A DNA stretch of 61,268 bases from an uncultured Candidatus Saccharibacteria bacterium (GCA_964428615.1 CAYRXZ010000003.1:1-61268); one strand, 5' to 3'. Shown: positions 18,240 to 28,057, counted from the stretch's first letter. The notes: generated by a model not told the origin, from the sequence alone. Numbers and translations are program-made.

Positions 18240-18932
18240 TTATAATAAAGAACTTGCCAGATTTATTGGTTTAGCACCACAGATATGCATCGGCTCCTTA
18301 ATATCTAATTCTTTCTGTGTTTGCGAACCCATACGAAAAGTAATCGCCATCACGCCAATAACTTTATTAGTTTCAATGTCTATTAACGGACACCCGCTAT
18401 TCCCCGGATTGCTTATCGCATCAAGGATAAACCAATTCCTTTCATGTTCCAAACTAACACCATCCCTCTTAATATTACTAATCATTGTCTTATTTGTTAT
18501 GAGTGTTACCCCAAAACCATCACGCATAAGTTGAGCTGCATAAGGAAATCCTATAAAGTAAGCATCTTGTCCTATTTTTACAGATTCAGAATCGCCAATT
18601 TTTATTTTCTTTAGAAGAGTATCTTTGTAATTCTCTATTTGAAATAACGCTATATCATAATTATCAATTTTTTTAATTAATTTAATAGGTGTCCACTGAT
18701 AACGCTGAAAATCATTTTCTTTTTCTTCTATTATTACAAATGCTGCTAATTTTTCCCTTTGTTCGTCGTTTAGCTGGTTATAAAGATGCGCCACTGTCAA
18801 TATTTTACCGTCGTTAGAGACGCAGAAACCGCTGCCCAAAATTGTTACCTGCTTAGAATCTAAACTAAAACCGATTGCAACAACAGAATTTCTCACGTCT
18901 TTAATTTTCTCAATTAATGTTTTTTTAAACAT
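18240..18932 (-). CDS. Trypsin-like (S1/chymotrypsin-fold) serine protease
   Basis: Triad context TVAHL / YDIALF / NPGNSGCPLID. No signal peptide or PDZ domain evident. Confidence 0.7.
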   Translation of the reverse strand: MFKKTLIEKIKDVRNSVVAIGFSLDSKQVTILGSGFCVSNDGKILTVAHLYNQLNDEQREKLAAFVIIEEKENDFQRYQWTPIKLIKKIDNYDIALFQIENYKDTLLKKIKIGDSESVKIGQDAYFIGFPYAAQLMRDGFGVTLITNKTMISNIKRDGVSLEHERNWFILDAISNPGNSGCPLIDIETNKVIGVMAITFRMGSQTQKELDIKEPMHICGAKPINLASSLL

Positions 18933-18953
18933 GTATCAACTTATTTTAAATAA

Positions 18954-20225
18954 TTATCCGATTTTCTCCACTCCCATATATCCCCGTAAAACTTCGGGAA
19001 CCAAGATTGAGCCGTCTTTTTGTTGATAGTTTTCGATTATGGCAATAATCATTCTGCCAATGGCAAAAGCCGTGCCGTTTAGGGTATGAATAAATCTATT
19101 TGTTGATTGTGAATTGCGAATTGTGGATTTACAGCGAATATTTAATCTGCGGGCCTGAAAATCTGTGCAATTGGAAGTTGAATGGGTTTCACGGTATTTA
19201 TTTTCGCTGGGAATCCAAGTTTCAATATCATATTTTGCCGCTGCCGGAGAGCCTAAATCACCAGTGCAAATATTTAAAACATGATAAGGTAATTTAAGCG
19301 TTTGCATAAGCTCTTCTTCAATACTCAAAATCAATTCGTGTTCTTGTTTTGAATTCTCGGGATTACAAAAACTAAACATTTCAATTTTATCAAATTGATG
19401 GACTCTTAAAATACCTTTTGTGTCTTTGCCGTATGAACCAGCCTCGCGTCTGAAACAAGTTGAAAAAGCAACATACCTTTTGGGTAAATCTTTTTCATCA
19501 AAAATTTCTCCACCATGCATAGGCCCGATTGACTGTTCGGAGGTGCCAACTAAGTACAAATCGTCTTTATCCAAAAAATAAGTTTCCTCCTGGTCTTCGT
19601 GGCGGTCAACATAACCCATAGCTTTCATCATTTCGCTTTTTATCATTACCGGCGGCACAATAGGAATAAATCCGTGCTTACCCGCCATTTCCATCGCCAA
19701 TTTAACCAAAGCGAATTCTAACATTGCCGCTTCACCCTTAAGATAACCAAAACGGCTGCCGCTTGTTTTTGAAGCAGTCTCCGTATCAACAATGTCGAGC
19801 TTTTGCCCGAGCTCCATGTAATCTTTCGGCTGAAAATCAAATTTTGGCAAATCGCCGACGGTTTTTAAAACTACGTTTTCGGAATCATCTTCACCCACCG
19901 GAACATCTTCAAAAGGAAGATTAGGAAATTTGTTTAAAATTTGTTTTCTTTTTTCTTCAGCGAAACGCAAACCCTTTTCCAATGATTGGATTTTTTCTTT
20001 TAAAACCTTAGCTTCTTCTAGCCATTCGGCATGCTCAGGCCCAGTTTTTCTTTCCTCGGAAAGTTTTTTCTGCTGTGAGCGTAAGCCGTCCGTTTCTTCG
20101 GTTAGTTTCCGCCACTCTTCGTCGATTGTCAAAAACTCGTCAACTAAAGATGGGGCATAATTTTTCTTTTTTATCCCTTTTTTGACGATTTCCGGATTTT
20201 GGCGAATAAAATTTATATCTAACAT
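18954..20225 (-). CDS. serS: Seryl-tRNA synthetase
   Basis: N-terminal coiled-coil arm (MLDINFIRQNPE..), class II motifs (FRRE.GS.G.DT.G..RVHQF.K.E, TLNGTA.A.GR). Confidence 0.95.
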   Translation of the reverse strand: MLDINFIRQNPEIVKKGIKKKNYAPSLVDEFLTIDEEWRKLTEETDGLRSQQKKLSEERKTGPEHAEWLEEAKVLKEKIQSLEKGLRFAEEKRKQILNKFPNLPFEDVPVGEDDSENVVLKTVGDLPKFDFQPKDYMELGQKLDIVDTETASKTSGSRFGYLKGEAAMLEFALVKLAMEMAGKHGFIPIVPPVMIKSEMMKAMGYVDRHEDQEETYFLDKDDLYLVGTSEQSIGPMHGGEIFDEKDLPKRYVAFSTCFRREAGSYGKDTKGILRVHQFDKIEMFSFCNPENSKQEHELILSIEEELMQTLKLPYHVLNICTGDLGSPAAAKYDIETWIPSENKYRETHSTSNCTDFQARRLNIRCKSTIRNSQSTNRFIHTLNGTAFAIGRMIIAIIENYQQKDGSILVPEVLRGYMGVEKIG

Positions 20226-20270
20226 TTTATTTATTCGTATATTCGTAATAAATTCGTTGTTCGGTGATTT
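20226..20270 (-). repeat. Spacer element family 1 (AAATCAnCGAAnAACGAATTTATTAC...), copy 1
   Basis: Fills the whole greA-serS spacer and abuts the serS ATG. About 85% identical to 26168-26211 and 32961-33003. Confidence 0.8.
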
Positions 20271-20724
20271 AAGTTATTTTAAGTATTTTATACTTTATTT
20301 TACCAGAAGGAGCTTCTATTTCCACTGTATCGCCCCCTTTTCGGCCCAAAAACGCCCTTCCTAGAGGCGATTCGTTTGAGATAAGGTTTCCCTCAGGATT
20401 TGACTCCTTTGAGCCAACAATGGTGTAATTAACAATTTTTACGCCTTTTTGAGCTTCTACTGTTGAACCCACGCCAATAATATCTTTATTCGCATTCTTT
20501 TTAATTATAGCAACTTCTTTTAATGATTCTTCAAGCTCGAAAATTTTTGCTTCTAGTTTTGCCTGCGCATCTTTGGCATCGGAATATTCCGAGTTCTCAC
20601 TCAAATCACCGTAATCTTTGGATTTTTTAAGCCTATCCGCTATTTCCATGCGACCTTCAATTTTTAGCTGTTGAAGCTCAACTTTTAATTCTTCATATCG
20701 TTCTTTTGTTAAATAAGTTTTCAT
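20269..20724 (-). CDS. greA: Transcription elongation factor GreA
   Basis: Coiled-coil N-domain with DLSENSEY, C-terminal FKBP-like domain ending PLGRAFLG.K.GD.V. Confidence 0.93.
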   Translation of the reverse strand: MKTYLTKERYEELKVELQQLKIEGRMEIADRLKKSKDYGDLSENSEYSDAKDAQAKLEAKIFELEESLKEVAIIKKNANKDIIGVGSTVEAQKGVKIVNYTIVGSKESNPEGNLISNESPLGRAFLGRKGGDTVEIEAPSGKIKYKILKIT

Positions 20725-21443
20725 ATATTATATTTTCCTGTTATTAATTTCCATTTAATTTTAAAAAGCTCTTTTAGCGAGCGGAAATAATCCATAAAAA
20801 CTACCTTGCTTTCTGCCGGGTTTATCCATGTAACCGGGATTTCTTTTATTTTATATCCTAATTTTTTAGCAATGATTAATATTTCTATATCGAACAGCCA
20901 TTTCATAACAGTTTGACGGGAAAAAATTTTTTCTGCAGCTTCCGCCGGAAAAATTTTGAACGCTCTTTGCGTGTCATGAATTTCCCAAATAGTCAAAACT
21001 CTTATCAAATATTTAGCCAGCTTACCCAATATTCTGCGGTACCCAGCATCGTGTTCTTCTATTTTTGAATCTTTTAATTCAATTGAACCGATTACAATGT
21101 CGTAACCTTCTTTCAAATACGGCCAAAATTTATCTAAATGATCTATACTAATAGCATTATCCGCGTCTATAAATAAACGGTATTCACCTTTTGCGTCAAG
21201 AATCCCCGCCTGAACTGCTGCTCCTTTGCCAGGAGTTTTACAATCAATTACTCTTAAATTCTCAACTATGTGAAAAAATCTACTAATTACTTCTTTTGTG
21301 GCATCTGTTGAATTATTATCCACAACAATAATTTCGTACTCATAGTCAACTTTTTTAAAATATTTATCAAGCGCAACCAAAGTCATAGGCAATCGTTTTG
21401 CCTCATTATATGCCGGAATAATTACCGATAAATGTGTTTTCAT
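20721..21443 (-). CDS. Glycosyltransferase family 2 (polyprenyl-phosphate glycosyltransferase-like)
   Basis: LSVIIPAYNE, VVDNNSTD, FIDADN (DxD). 4-nt overlap with greA. Confidence 0.85.
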   Translation of the reverse strand: MKTHLSVIIPAYNEAKRLPMTLVALDKYFKKVDYEYEIIVVDNNSTDATKEVISRFFHIVENLRVIDCKTPGKGAAVQAGILDAKGEYRLFIDADNAISIDHLDKFWPYLKEGYDIVIGSIELKDSKIEEHDAGYRRILGKLAKYLIRVLTIWEIHDTQRAFKIFPAEAAEKIFSRQTVMKWLFDIEILIIAKKLGYKIKEIPVTWINPAESKVVFMDYFRSLKELFKIKWKLITGKYNI

Positions 21444-21470
21444 GTTTAATCATTTTAAACTTAATTAATT

Positions 21471-22241
21471 TTACGTCAATACTTTCCGCCCCTTTTCTGT
21501 AATAACTATTGTATGCTCAAAGTGCGCTGATAATCCGCCATCTGCCGTTGCCCAGCTTTCATCTGGCCTTTGAATAATTCCCCACGAACCGGTTGAAAGC
21601 ATCGGCTCTATAGCTAAAACCATTCCCGGTTTCAAGACAATCCCCCTGCCTTTTTCGCCAAAGTTATATATTACCGGGTCTTCATGTAAAGCCAATCCCG
21701 TACCATGACCCGTTAACTCCCTAAGCACGCTTAATTTATTTTCACGCGCTACTCTATCAATGACATAACCTATATCGCCCAAAGTATTGCCCGGCTTAGC
21801 GACTTTTAAAGCTTTTTTAAGGGCTGTTTTTGTCGCTTTTATCAAAATTTGCGCTTCTTTAGAAATTTTACCCAAACCAACAGTTAAAGCTGAATCAGCA
21901 AAAAAACTTTTACCGCTTTCGCGATATTCCACACCAAAATCGATTTTTAGAATATCTCCAGATTGAAGCTTATAATTATTCGGCAAGCCATGTACTATAA
22001 TGTCGTTAAGCGAAGCGCAAATTGAAGCGCCAAACGGCCTTGAAGACGCGTCGGGTTTATAACCTAAAAACGCCGGCTGAACATTATTCTTTTTGCACAA
22101 GTGGTACGCAAGATTATCCAGTTGTTTCAAAGAAACTCCTATTTTAACTTCTTTCTCTAAAATTTTAAGAATTTTTGCTAAAATCTTGCCGGTGATGGCA
22201 ATATTTTTTATTTCTTTTGGAGATTTTAAAAGATTTGCCAT
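21471..22241 (-). CDS. map: Methionine aminopeptidase, type I
   Basis: Pita-bread fold metal ligands (ICASLNDIIVHG, D..LKIDFG, GHG.G...HE, LAIEPM, FEHT). Confidence 0.95.
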   Translation of the reverse strand: MANLLKSPKEIKNIAITGKILAKILKILEKEVKIGVSLKQLDNLAYHLCKKNNVQPAFLGYKPDASSRPFGASICASLNDIIVHGLPNNYKLQSGDILKIDFGVEYRESGKSFFADSALTVGLGKISKEAQILIKATKTALKKALKVAKPGNTLGDIGYVIDRVARENKLSVLRELTGHGTGLALHEDPVIYNFGEKGRGIVLKPGMVLAIEPMLSTGSWGIIQRPDESWATADGGLSAHFEHTIVITEKGRKVLT

Positions 22242-22933
22242 TATTTTACCTTACCAAGAATTGTTCTATGTATTTTATAAGGCGCGGGCGTACCATCTAT
22301 TTTAAAGATTTTATATTTTCTTTTCTTGAGTTCATTAAAAATCGGCTTAGTGCGATTTTCGTATTCATTTAATCTTTTAATAATACTCTCTTTATTGTCG
22401 TCTTTTCTTTTTATAATTTTTCCTCCGCAAAACGGACAGAATTTTATTTTATATTTTTGCGCCATAAACGGACTGCCGCAAACGGAGCAAGACAAACGAG
22501 CACTTGTCCTTTTAATTGATTCTTTTAATGGAATGTCTAAAATAAAAACTGAAACGTTTTTCTTACTGTAACATCTATCTAAAACATCCGTTAAACCGGT
22601 TTTATTTTTAGAACTTTCGCCCTGATCGTAACCGAAAGCTTCATAAAAAGTCCGCGGAGAACCGCTGAAAACTACTCCTTTTTTAAGAACAGCCATTTTC
22701 TTTATCGCCTGAGCAATAATTTTTAAAATCCACGATGGCGTGTTAAGAACACCGGCTTCGTTCAGTTTACGCTCTCTTTGAATTATCTTATCGTTTTTTG
22801 AGGCCGGGTCGTAAAGAATAGCCCTTAAATATTGGCCTGTGTCAAAATGAAAAAGGTCTAATTTTTTAGCTAACAGTTCCGCTTGAGTCCCTTTCCCCGA
22901 CCCCTGCGGACCCATTATTATAATGGCTCTCAT
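22241..22933 (-). CDS. adk: Adenylate kinase with Zn-ribbon lid
   Basis: P-loop GPQGSGKGTQ. Lid with CSVCG...CPFCGG. Follows secY as in the spc/alpha cluster. Confidence 0.9.
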   Translation of the reverse strand: MRAIIIMGPQGSGKGTQAELLAKKLDLFHFDTGQYLRAILYDPASKNDKIIQRERKLNEAGVLNTPSWILKIIAQAIKKMAVLKKGVVFSGSPRTFYEAFGYDQGESSKNKTGLTDVLDRCYSKKNVSVFILDIPLKESIKRTSARLSCSVCGSPFMAQKYKIKFCPFCGGKIIKRKDDNKESIIKRLNEYENRTKPIFNELKKRKYKIFKIDGTPAPYKIHRTILGKVK

Positions 22934-22935
22934 AA

Positions 22936-22979
22936 ATTTTCAATTATCAATTCACAATTATTAATCAAATATCAATTTA
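22936..22979 (-). repeat. Spacer element family 2, copy 1 (secY-adk spacer)
   Basis: 44 nt, 42/44 identical to 41119-41162. Ends 2 nt from the adk ATG. Confidence 0.85.
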
Positions 22980-23043
22980 ATAATTTTTAAACATTTAATA
23001 ATTAAACTATTTGAAAATTAATAATTGGAAATTGAAAATTTGC

Positions 23044-24312
23044 TTATATCTCCTCGTATTCCCTCATTATCAACTGAGAATTGATTTGTCTGATTGTTTC
23101 AAGCGCAACAGAAACTACAATTAAAAGTGCGGTGCCACCGATAGTCAAAATTTTAATGCCCGTTGCCATTTGAGTGAGGTTTGGCAAGATAGCTATTAAT
23201 CCTAAAAATAAAGCGCCGGAAAGAGTCAAACGATTGATTATTTTCGAAAGAAAACCCGTAGTTGAATCGCCCGGTCTTATACCCGCGACAAACCCACCTG
23301 AACGCTGAAGATTTTTTGATATTTCCTTCGGGTCAAAAGTAACTGCTGTGTAAAAATAAGTGAAAATAAAAACTAGAAAGAAGTAAAAAGCGCTGTAAAG
23401 ATATTGGTTATTAAAAAGATAATTAACCCAATCCGTAAGCGTAAGAGATAAACTCTTGGAAAAAATAGCTACTGCCTGCGCTATAAACTGCGGGAAAAGC
23501 AAAATTGAAATAGCAAAAATTATCGGAATAACTCCCGCTTGATTAACTTTAAGAGGTAAATAACTTGAAGCGCCGCCATACATCTTCATTCCTCTAACTC
23601 TTTTAGCGTAAGCAATTGGAACTTTTCTTTCACCTTCATTTATAAAAACTACGCCGGCAATAACTAAAATTCCCATAACGGCAAATATCAAATATACAGG
23701 CAATAGTTCCTGATTAAAAGAGAAAAGCGCCTGACCTATGGTTGATGGAAGCCCCGCAACAATACCGGCAAAAATTATTAAAGAAATTCCATTACCTATT
23801 TTTTGTTCCGTAATAAGTTCGCCCAGCCAAATTAAAATCATTGTTCCTGCGGTAACAATAATAACGCTTTTTACTAAATCAAAAAGCCCGAGTTGCGGCA
23901 AAACTCCTTGAGAAGCCAAAAGATTTAAAAATCCATATGCTTGAAGCGCTCCTAAAGGAACAGTTATATAGCGCGACCAGCGATTAAATTTTGCCTTACC
24001 GGCTGCTCCTTCTTCGTAATACATTTCTTTTAAGCGCGGGGAAATCATCGTTAAAAGCTGCATGATAATCGTAGCAGTAATGTAAGGCGCGACCCCTATC
24101 ATGACTATTGAAAGATTGCTTAGCCCGCCTCCGGAGAAAAGATTAACAAAGCCAAATAATTGACTGGAAGCTAAAAATTCCTTCAATCTTATGGCATCTA
24201 TTGAAGGAATTGGAATTGCGGATAAAACTCTGGTGGCCGCGAGTAAAAGTGTGACAAATAAAATTTTTTTTCTTAAATCCGCTATTTTAAAAAGTTGAAT
24301 GAATTTATTCAT
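23044..24312 (-). CDS. secY: Preprotein translocase subunit SecY
   Basis: 10-TM profile and conserved segments (GV.PYITA.II.QLL, GE.ITE.GIGNG.SLIIF.GI); position after rplO. Confidence 0.97.
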   Translation of the reverse strand: MNKFIQLFKIADLRKKILFVTLLLAATRVLSAIPIPSIDAIRLKEFLASSQLFGFVNLFSGGGLSNLSIVMIGVAPYITATIIMQLLTMISPRLKEMYYEEGAAGKAKFNRWSRYITVPLGALQAYGFLNLLASQGVLPQLGLFDLVKSVIIVTAGTMILIWLGELITEQKIGNGISLIIFAGIVAGLPSTIGQALFSFNQELLPVYLIFAVMGILVIAGVVFINEGERKVPIAYAKRVRGMKMYGGASSYLPLKVNQAGVIPIIFAISILLFPQFIAQAVAIFSKSLSLTLTDWVNYLFNNQYLYSAFYFFLVFIFTYFYTAVTFDPKEISKNLQRSGGFVAGIRPGDSTTGFLSKIINRLTLSGALFLGLIAILPNLTQMATGIKILTIGGTALLIVVSVALETIRQINSQLIMREYEEI

Positions 24313-24319
24313 TATTTCA

Positions 24320-24748
24320 TTAGCTTATTTTCCCCCCGGCTTTTTCTATCGCTTCTTTCAATTTTTTTGAAACCTTAAGTCCAACTATTTCAACTGCCCC
24401 TACCGGATCCCTCCCTTTTCTTGAACCGACAATTTTTATATTTTTTTCAGACTTGCTTATCAAGCCGGCGAAAAGTAAAACTTCTCTGTTAATTATGCCG
24501 CTTTTTACCCTAGAGGTCAAAAAATCCAAATTTAAAACAACCGGCTTTTCTTTCAACGGTTTAAATCGAAAACCGCGAAGTTTCGGCATGCGCTGAATTA
24601 AATCTCTTTCTGCCGGCCTGATTACATGCCCTGAGCGAGATTTTTGCCCTTTCTGTCCTTTCCCCGAATAAGTGCCTCTCTTGCCTCCCCTGCCGACACG
24701 TTTATGGGTTTTTAATTTAGTTTTAGGCTTTACTTGATGAAGTTGCAT
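24320..24748 (-). CDS. rplO: 50S ribosomal protein L15
   Basis: KR.GRG...G.T.G.G.KGQK.R N-terminus; operon position. Confidence 0.95.
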   Translation of the reverse strand: MQLHQVKPKTKLKTHKRVGRGGKRGTYSGKGQKGQKSRSGHVIRPAERDLIQRMPKLRGFRFKPLKEKPVVLNLDFLTSRVKSGIINREVLLFAGLISKSEKNIKIVGSRKGRDPVGAVEIVGLKVSKKLKEAIEKAGGKIS

Positions 24749-24768
24749 AATGTTTAATTTTGTGTTTT

Positions 24769-25236
24769 TTATTTATTATCTTTTGTTTTTAATTTTTTTA
24801 ATGCTTCCACGGCCGCTAGGGCGTTCGTTAATTTATTTTTCGTTCTACCCATACATTTCGCCGTAGCATCCCTAACTCCAGCTAAAAGTAAAACAACTCG
24901 GACTGCTCCTCCAGCTTTAAGCCCATGGCCTTTCTTCGCCGGCTTGATAATAACTTTTGCCGCGCTAAACTTCGCATCTACTTCATGAGGAAGTGTTCTA
25001 TCTTTTAGGGAAATTGTTATTAATTTTTTTTTGGCATTCAACTTAGCTTTATCAACAGCCTGTGCTACATCTAATCCTTTAGCTACACCAACGCCGACCC
25101 TACCCTTTTCATCGCCAATAACAACCGTCGCGCGGAAACGAAATCTTTTTCCACCTGCAACAACACGCGTAACTCTACGCATATCTAAAACTTTTTCTTT
25201 AAATTCGCTTTTTGGTTTTATTTGTCTTTTATACAT
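24769..25236 (-). CDS. rpsE: 30S ribosomal protein S5
   Basis: RV.RV..GGKRFRF.A.VV.GD..G.VG.G.GKA; operon position. Only 20 nt separate it from rplO, so there is no rpmD. Confidence 0.96.
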   Translation of the reverse strand: MYKRQIKPKSEFKEKVLDMRRVTRVVAGGKRFRFRATVVIGDEKGRVGVGVAKGLDVAQAVDKAKLNAKKKLITISLKDRTLPHEVDAKFSAAKVIIKPAKKGHGLKAGGAVRVVLLLAGVRDATAKCMGRTKNKLTNALAAVEALKKLKTKDNK

Positions 25237-25257
25237 CGTTTTGTTTTTATTAGTATA

Positions 25258-25617
25258 TTAGAATTCCAAGCCCCCTTTCCTAGCGGCATCAGCAACGGCT
25301 TGAACCCGGCCATGATAATTATAATTTCCTCTGTCAAAAACAACCTTTTTAACTCCTTTTTCAATAGCTTTTTTAGCAATAAGTTCACCGAGTTTTTCGG
25401 CCAATTCTTTTCCGGTGGATTTCGTTTGTTTTTTTAATTCCATAGTTGAAGCGCTTGCCAAAGTTTTTCCGTTTTCGTCATCTATTATTTGAACATAAGT
25501 ATAACTATTACTCCTGAAGACAGAAAGTCGGGGACGATCTAAAGAACCAGACAATCTTGCCCTTGTTCTTTTTTTTCTTCTTTCTTTTATTTTATTTAAA
25601 ATTTTACCTTTTTTCAT
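25258..25617 (-). CDS. rplR: 50S ribosomal protein L18
   Basis: R.R.R....G...RPRL.VFRSN...Y.Q.IDD. ATG 25617 lies 4 nt after the rplF stop; the track start 25641 is TTG and overlaps rplF. Confidence 0.93.
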   Translation of the reverse strand: MKKGKILNKIKERRKKRTRARLSGSLDRPRLSVFRSNSYTYVQIIDDENGKTLASASTMELKKQTKSTGKELAEKLGELIAKKAIEKGVKKVVFDRGNYNYHGRVQAVADAARKGGLEF

Positions 25618-25621
25618 TTCT

Positions 25622-26167
25622 TTATTTTGTCGTTCCGGCAACTTTCTTACCAGCTTTTCTTCTAATTATTTCATCCTGATACATTATACCCTTTCCTTTG
25701 TACGGTTCAGGTTTTTTGAAAGCTCTTATTTTTGCCGCTGCTTGCCCAACAGCCGCCTTATCAAAACCAGAAACTTTAATTATGTTCTTGTCTACTGAAA
25801 CCTTTACTCCATCGATAGGAGTAAATTTAATCGGGTGAGATAATCCAAGATTTAAAACTAAAGTTTCTCCCTCCATATTAGCCTTGTAGCCAACTCCTTC
25901 TATTTTCAATTTTTTTTCAAATCCAGAAGTTAAACCAATTACGGCATTATTTGCCAATGCTCTAATTGTCCCCCAAAGCGCTTTTGTTCCTCTTAAATCG
26001 TTTTCCGGAGAAAAAGTTATTTCTCCATCTTTTATTTCAGTTTTTATTGATTTGGGGATTTTAAAGCTTAAGTTTCCATTGTTTCCTTTCAAGTTTAAAA
26101 ACCCGTCGTCTACTTTTACCTCAACGCCTTCAAGAATCGCTATTGGTTTTTTCCCTATTTTACTCAT
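25622..26167 (-). CDS. rplF: 50S ribosomal protein L6
   Basis: [13 protein letters not shown]; two L6 repeats; ends [10 protein letters not shown]. Confidence 0.96.
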   Translation of the reverse strand: MSKIGKKPIAILEGVEVKVDDGFLNLKGNNGNLSFKIPKSIKTEIKDGEITFSPENDLRGTKALWGTIRALANNAVIGLTSGFEKKLKIEGVGYKANMEGETLVLNLGLSHPIKFTPIDGVKVSVDKNIIKVSGFDKAAVGQAAAKIRAFKKPEPYKGKGIMYQDEIIRRKAGKKVAGTTK

Positions 26168-26211
26168 TTTTATATTAGTATATTAGTAATAAATTCGTTA
26201 TTCGTTGATTT
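26168..26211 (-). repeat. Spacer element family 1, copy 2 (fills the rpsH-rplF spacer)
   Basis: Minus strand AAATCAACGAATAACGAATTTATTACTAATATACTAATATAAAAA, then the rplF ATG. Confidence 0.8.
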
Positions 26212-26592
26212 CTACCATATCTCAAATAATGCTTCTCCGCCGACTTTTTTCTTCTGCGCTTCCCTGCCGGTCAATATACCTTCCGGGGTAGAAACAACCA
26301 ACAAACCATATCCTGATTTAACCGGTTTTATATCTTTATACCCAAGGTACATTCTCCGTGACGGTTTGCTTATAAATTTAACGTCGGTAACAGCACCTTC
26401 TTCCTTATTATATTTCAACTCAATTTCAAAAATCTTTTTTGCGCCCTTGCCTTTTTTTTCAAAACCAGAAATATACCCATTTCTAGAAAGGATTTCCAAG
26501 ACGCTTTCGTCCGCTTTTGAATAAGCCGATTTCATAATATCTTTCTTAACTGCCTGAGCATTTTTAATTTTTATTAATAAATCTATATACAT
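26212..26592 (-). CDS. rpsH: 30S ribosomal protein S8
   Basis: D.L..I.NA; ends G.L..ST..GI.T..EA......GGE.L..IW. Confidence 0.95.
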   Translation of the reverse strand: MYIDLLIKIKNAQAVKKDIMKSAYSKADESVLEILSRNGYISGFEKKGKGAKKIFEIELKYNKEEGAVTDVKFISKPSRRMYLGYKDIKPVKSGYGLLVVSTPEGILTGREAQKKKVGGEALFEIW

Positions 26593-26602
26593 AATATAAT
26601 AT

Positions 26603-26788
26603 TTACCAGCTAGATTTTTTTATGCCAGGTATTTCACCACGAGAAGCTAATTCTCTAAAACAAATTCTGCATAATTCAAAATCTCTCATATATCCTCTTT
26701 TGCGTCCACATTTAAAACACCGCCTGACGATACGGGTCGAATATTTCGGTTTTTTTTTCGCTCTCGCGATTACTGATTCTTTTGCCAT
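26603..26788 (-). CDS. rpsN: 30S ribosomal protein S14, zinc-binding type Z (61 aa)
   Basis: [19 protein letters not shown]...C..CGR..G......LCR.CFRE....G..PG..K.SW with CxxC...CxxC. ATG 26788 avoids overlap with rplE. Confidence 0.93.
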   Translation of the reverse strand: MAKESVIARAKKKPKYSTRIVRRCFKCGRKRGYMRDFELCRICFRELASRGEIPGIKKSSW

Positions 26789-26795
26789 AAAATTA

Positions 26796-27299
26796 TTATT
26801 TTTTAAACGGTATTCCAATTAATTTGTATAAATCTATCGCTTCTTCTCTAGTTTTTGCATTACTTACCATACTAATTTCCAAACCAAAGTCAAACCTCGC
26901 CACATCAGAATTTATTTCAGGAAAAACAATATGTTCTTTTATACCTATCGTTAAACCACCATTTTTATCCACATTTTCTATTTTTATTCCCCGAAAATCG
27001 CGGACGCGCGGTAAAGCAATATTTATTAATCTTTCAAGAAAATCACGCATTTTTTTACGCCTTAAAGTTATTTTTAAGCCAACAATCTGACCTGCTCTTA
27101 ATTTAAATCCTGCTATTGATTTTATTGTTTTACAAACCACTGGCTTTTGTCCGGTTATCGAAGACAAGCTATCTATTATCTCCGGCAGAATTTTGTCCTC
27201 AAAATTTTGCTGTTGGGAAATTTTACCCACGCCAACATTAACGACAACTTTTTCCATCCTTGGATTTTTTAATTTATTTTTATTCGTTTTCTTTTCCAT
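26796..27299 (-). CDS. rplE: 50S ribosomal protein L5
   Basis: [26 protein letters not shown]...FPEI. Confidence 0.95.
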   Translation of the reverse strand: MEKKTNKNKLKNPRMEKVVVNVGVGKISQQQNFEDKILPEIIDSLSSITGQKPVVCKTIKSIAGFKLRAGQIVGLKITLRRKKMRDFLERLINIALPRVRDFRGIKIENVDKNGGLTIGIKEHIVFPEINSDVARFDFGLEISMVSNAKTREEAIDLYKLIGIPFKK

Positions 27300-27354
27300 A
27301 GTAGTTTTAAATGAAATATAAAAATAATAAATTTCTGTTATTTTTTAGTTTATT

Positions 27355-27660
27355 CTATGTAGATGCTCCGCATTTTTTGCAGACTCGCGTTTTTTTACCT
27401 TTATTCACAACTCCGCCCGTTCTTGTGGCTTTACCGCAAACCGAACAAACAAGCATAACGTTTGAAATATTAATTGGTCTCGGAACCGAAACCGTTTCTC
27501 CTTTTTCTCCCTGTCTTTTAGGACGGACATGTTTTTTATAAAGATTCAAGCCGTCTACTAAAATTCTGCCTTTTTTAACAAAAACTTTAAGAATTTTCCC
27601 GGTTTTATTTTTATCCTTGCCGGCAATTATTTTTATATTATCGTCTTTTTTTAATTTCAT
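27355..27660 (-). CDS. rplX: 50S ribosomal protein L24 (KOW) with a C-terminal Cys4 motif
   Basis: KOW motif KKDDNIKIIAGKDKNKTGKILKV; C-terminal CSVCG...CKKCG. Confidence 0.92.
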   Translation of the reverse strand: MKLKKDDNIKIIAGKDKNKTGKILKVFVKKGRILVDGLNLYKKHVRPKRQGEKGETVSVPRPINISNVMLVCSVCGKATRTGGVVNKGKKTRVCKKCGAST

Positions 27661-27691
27661 AAAATATTACGAATTCGCATATTAGCATAAT

Positions 27692-28057
27692 TTATACTAT
27701 TTCTTCCGCCATTGTCGCTATTTTTTCATAACCCTTTTCTTTTATTTCCCGCGGGATAGGTCCGAAAATACGAGTTGCTTTCGGCTCTTTTTTCTCAACA
27801 ATAACAACAGCGTTTTCATCAAAACGGATATATGAACCGTCCGGTCTTCTTAATGGGTTTCTCTGTCTGACTATCACGGCTCTTACTATATCCTTTTTCT
27901 TCAAATTTTTTCTGGGTTCCGCTTTTCTCACGGAAGCAACTATAACGTCTCCTATTGAAGCGTAGCGTCGCCTGGTTCCTCCGAGCACCCTAAAACAACG
28001 GACTATTTTCGCCCCGCTATTATCTGCAACTTTTAAAATTGAACGTTCTTGAATCAT
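27692..28057 (-). CDS. rplN: 50S ribosomal protein L14
   Basis: [17 protein letters not shown]...C..VLGG. Confidence 0.97.
   Translation of the reverse strand: MIQERSILKVADNSGAKIVRCFRVLGGTRRRYASIGDVIVASVRKAEPRKNLKKKDIVRAVIVRQRNPLRRPDGSYIRFDENAVVIVEKKEPKATRIFGPIPREIKEKGYEKIATMAEEIV

Noticed and set aside
22934-23043. Tried to read sigma70 promoters inside the family 1 and family 2 spacer elements.
   Set aside because: -10-like hexamers are present (GATAAT, TATACT), but no -35 lies at 16-18 nt spacing, so I cannot support a promoter call from sequence alone.
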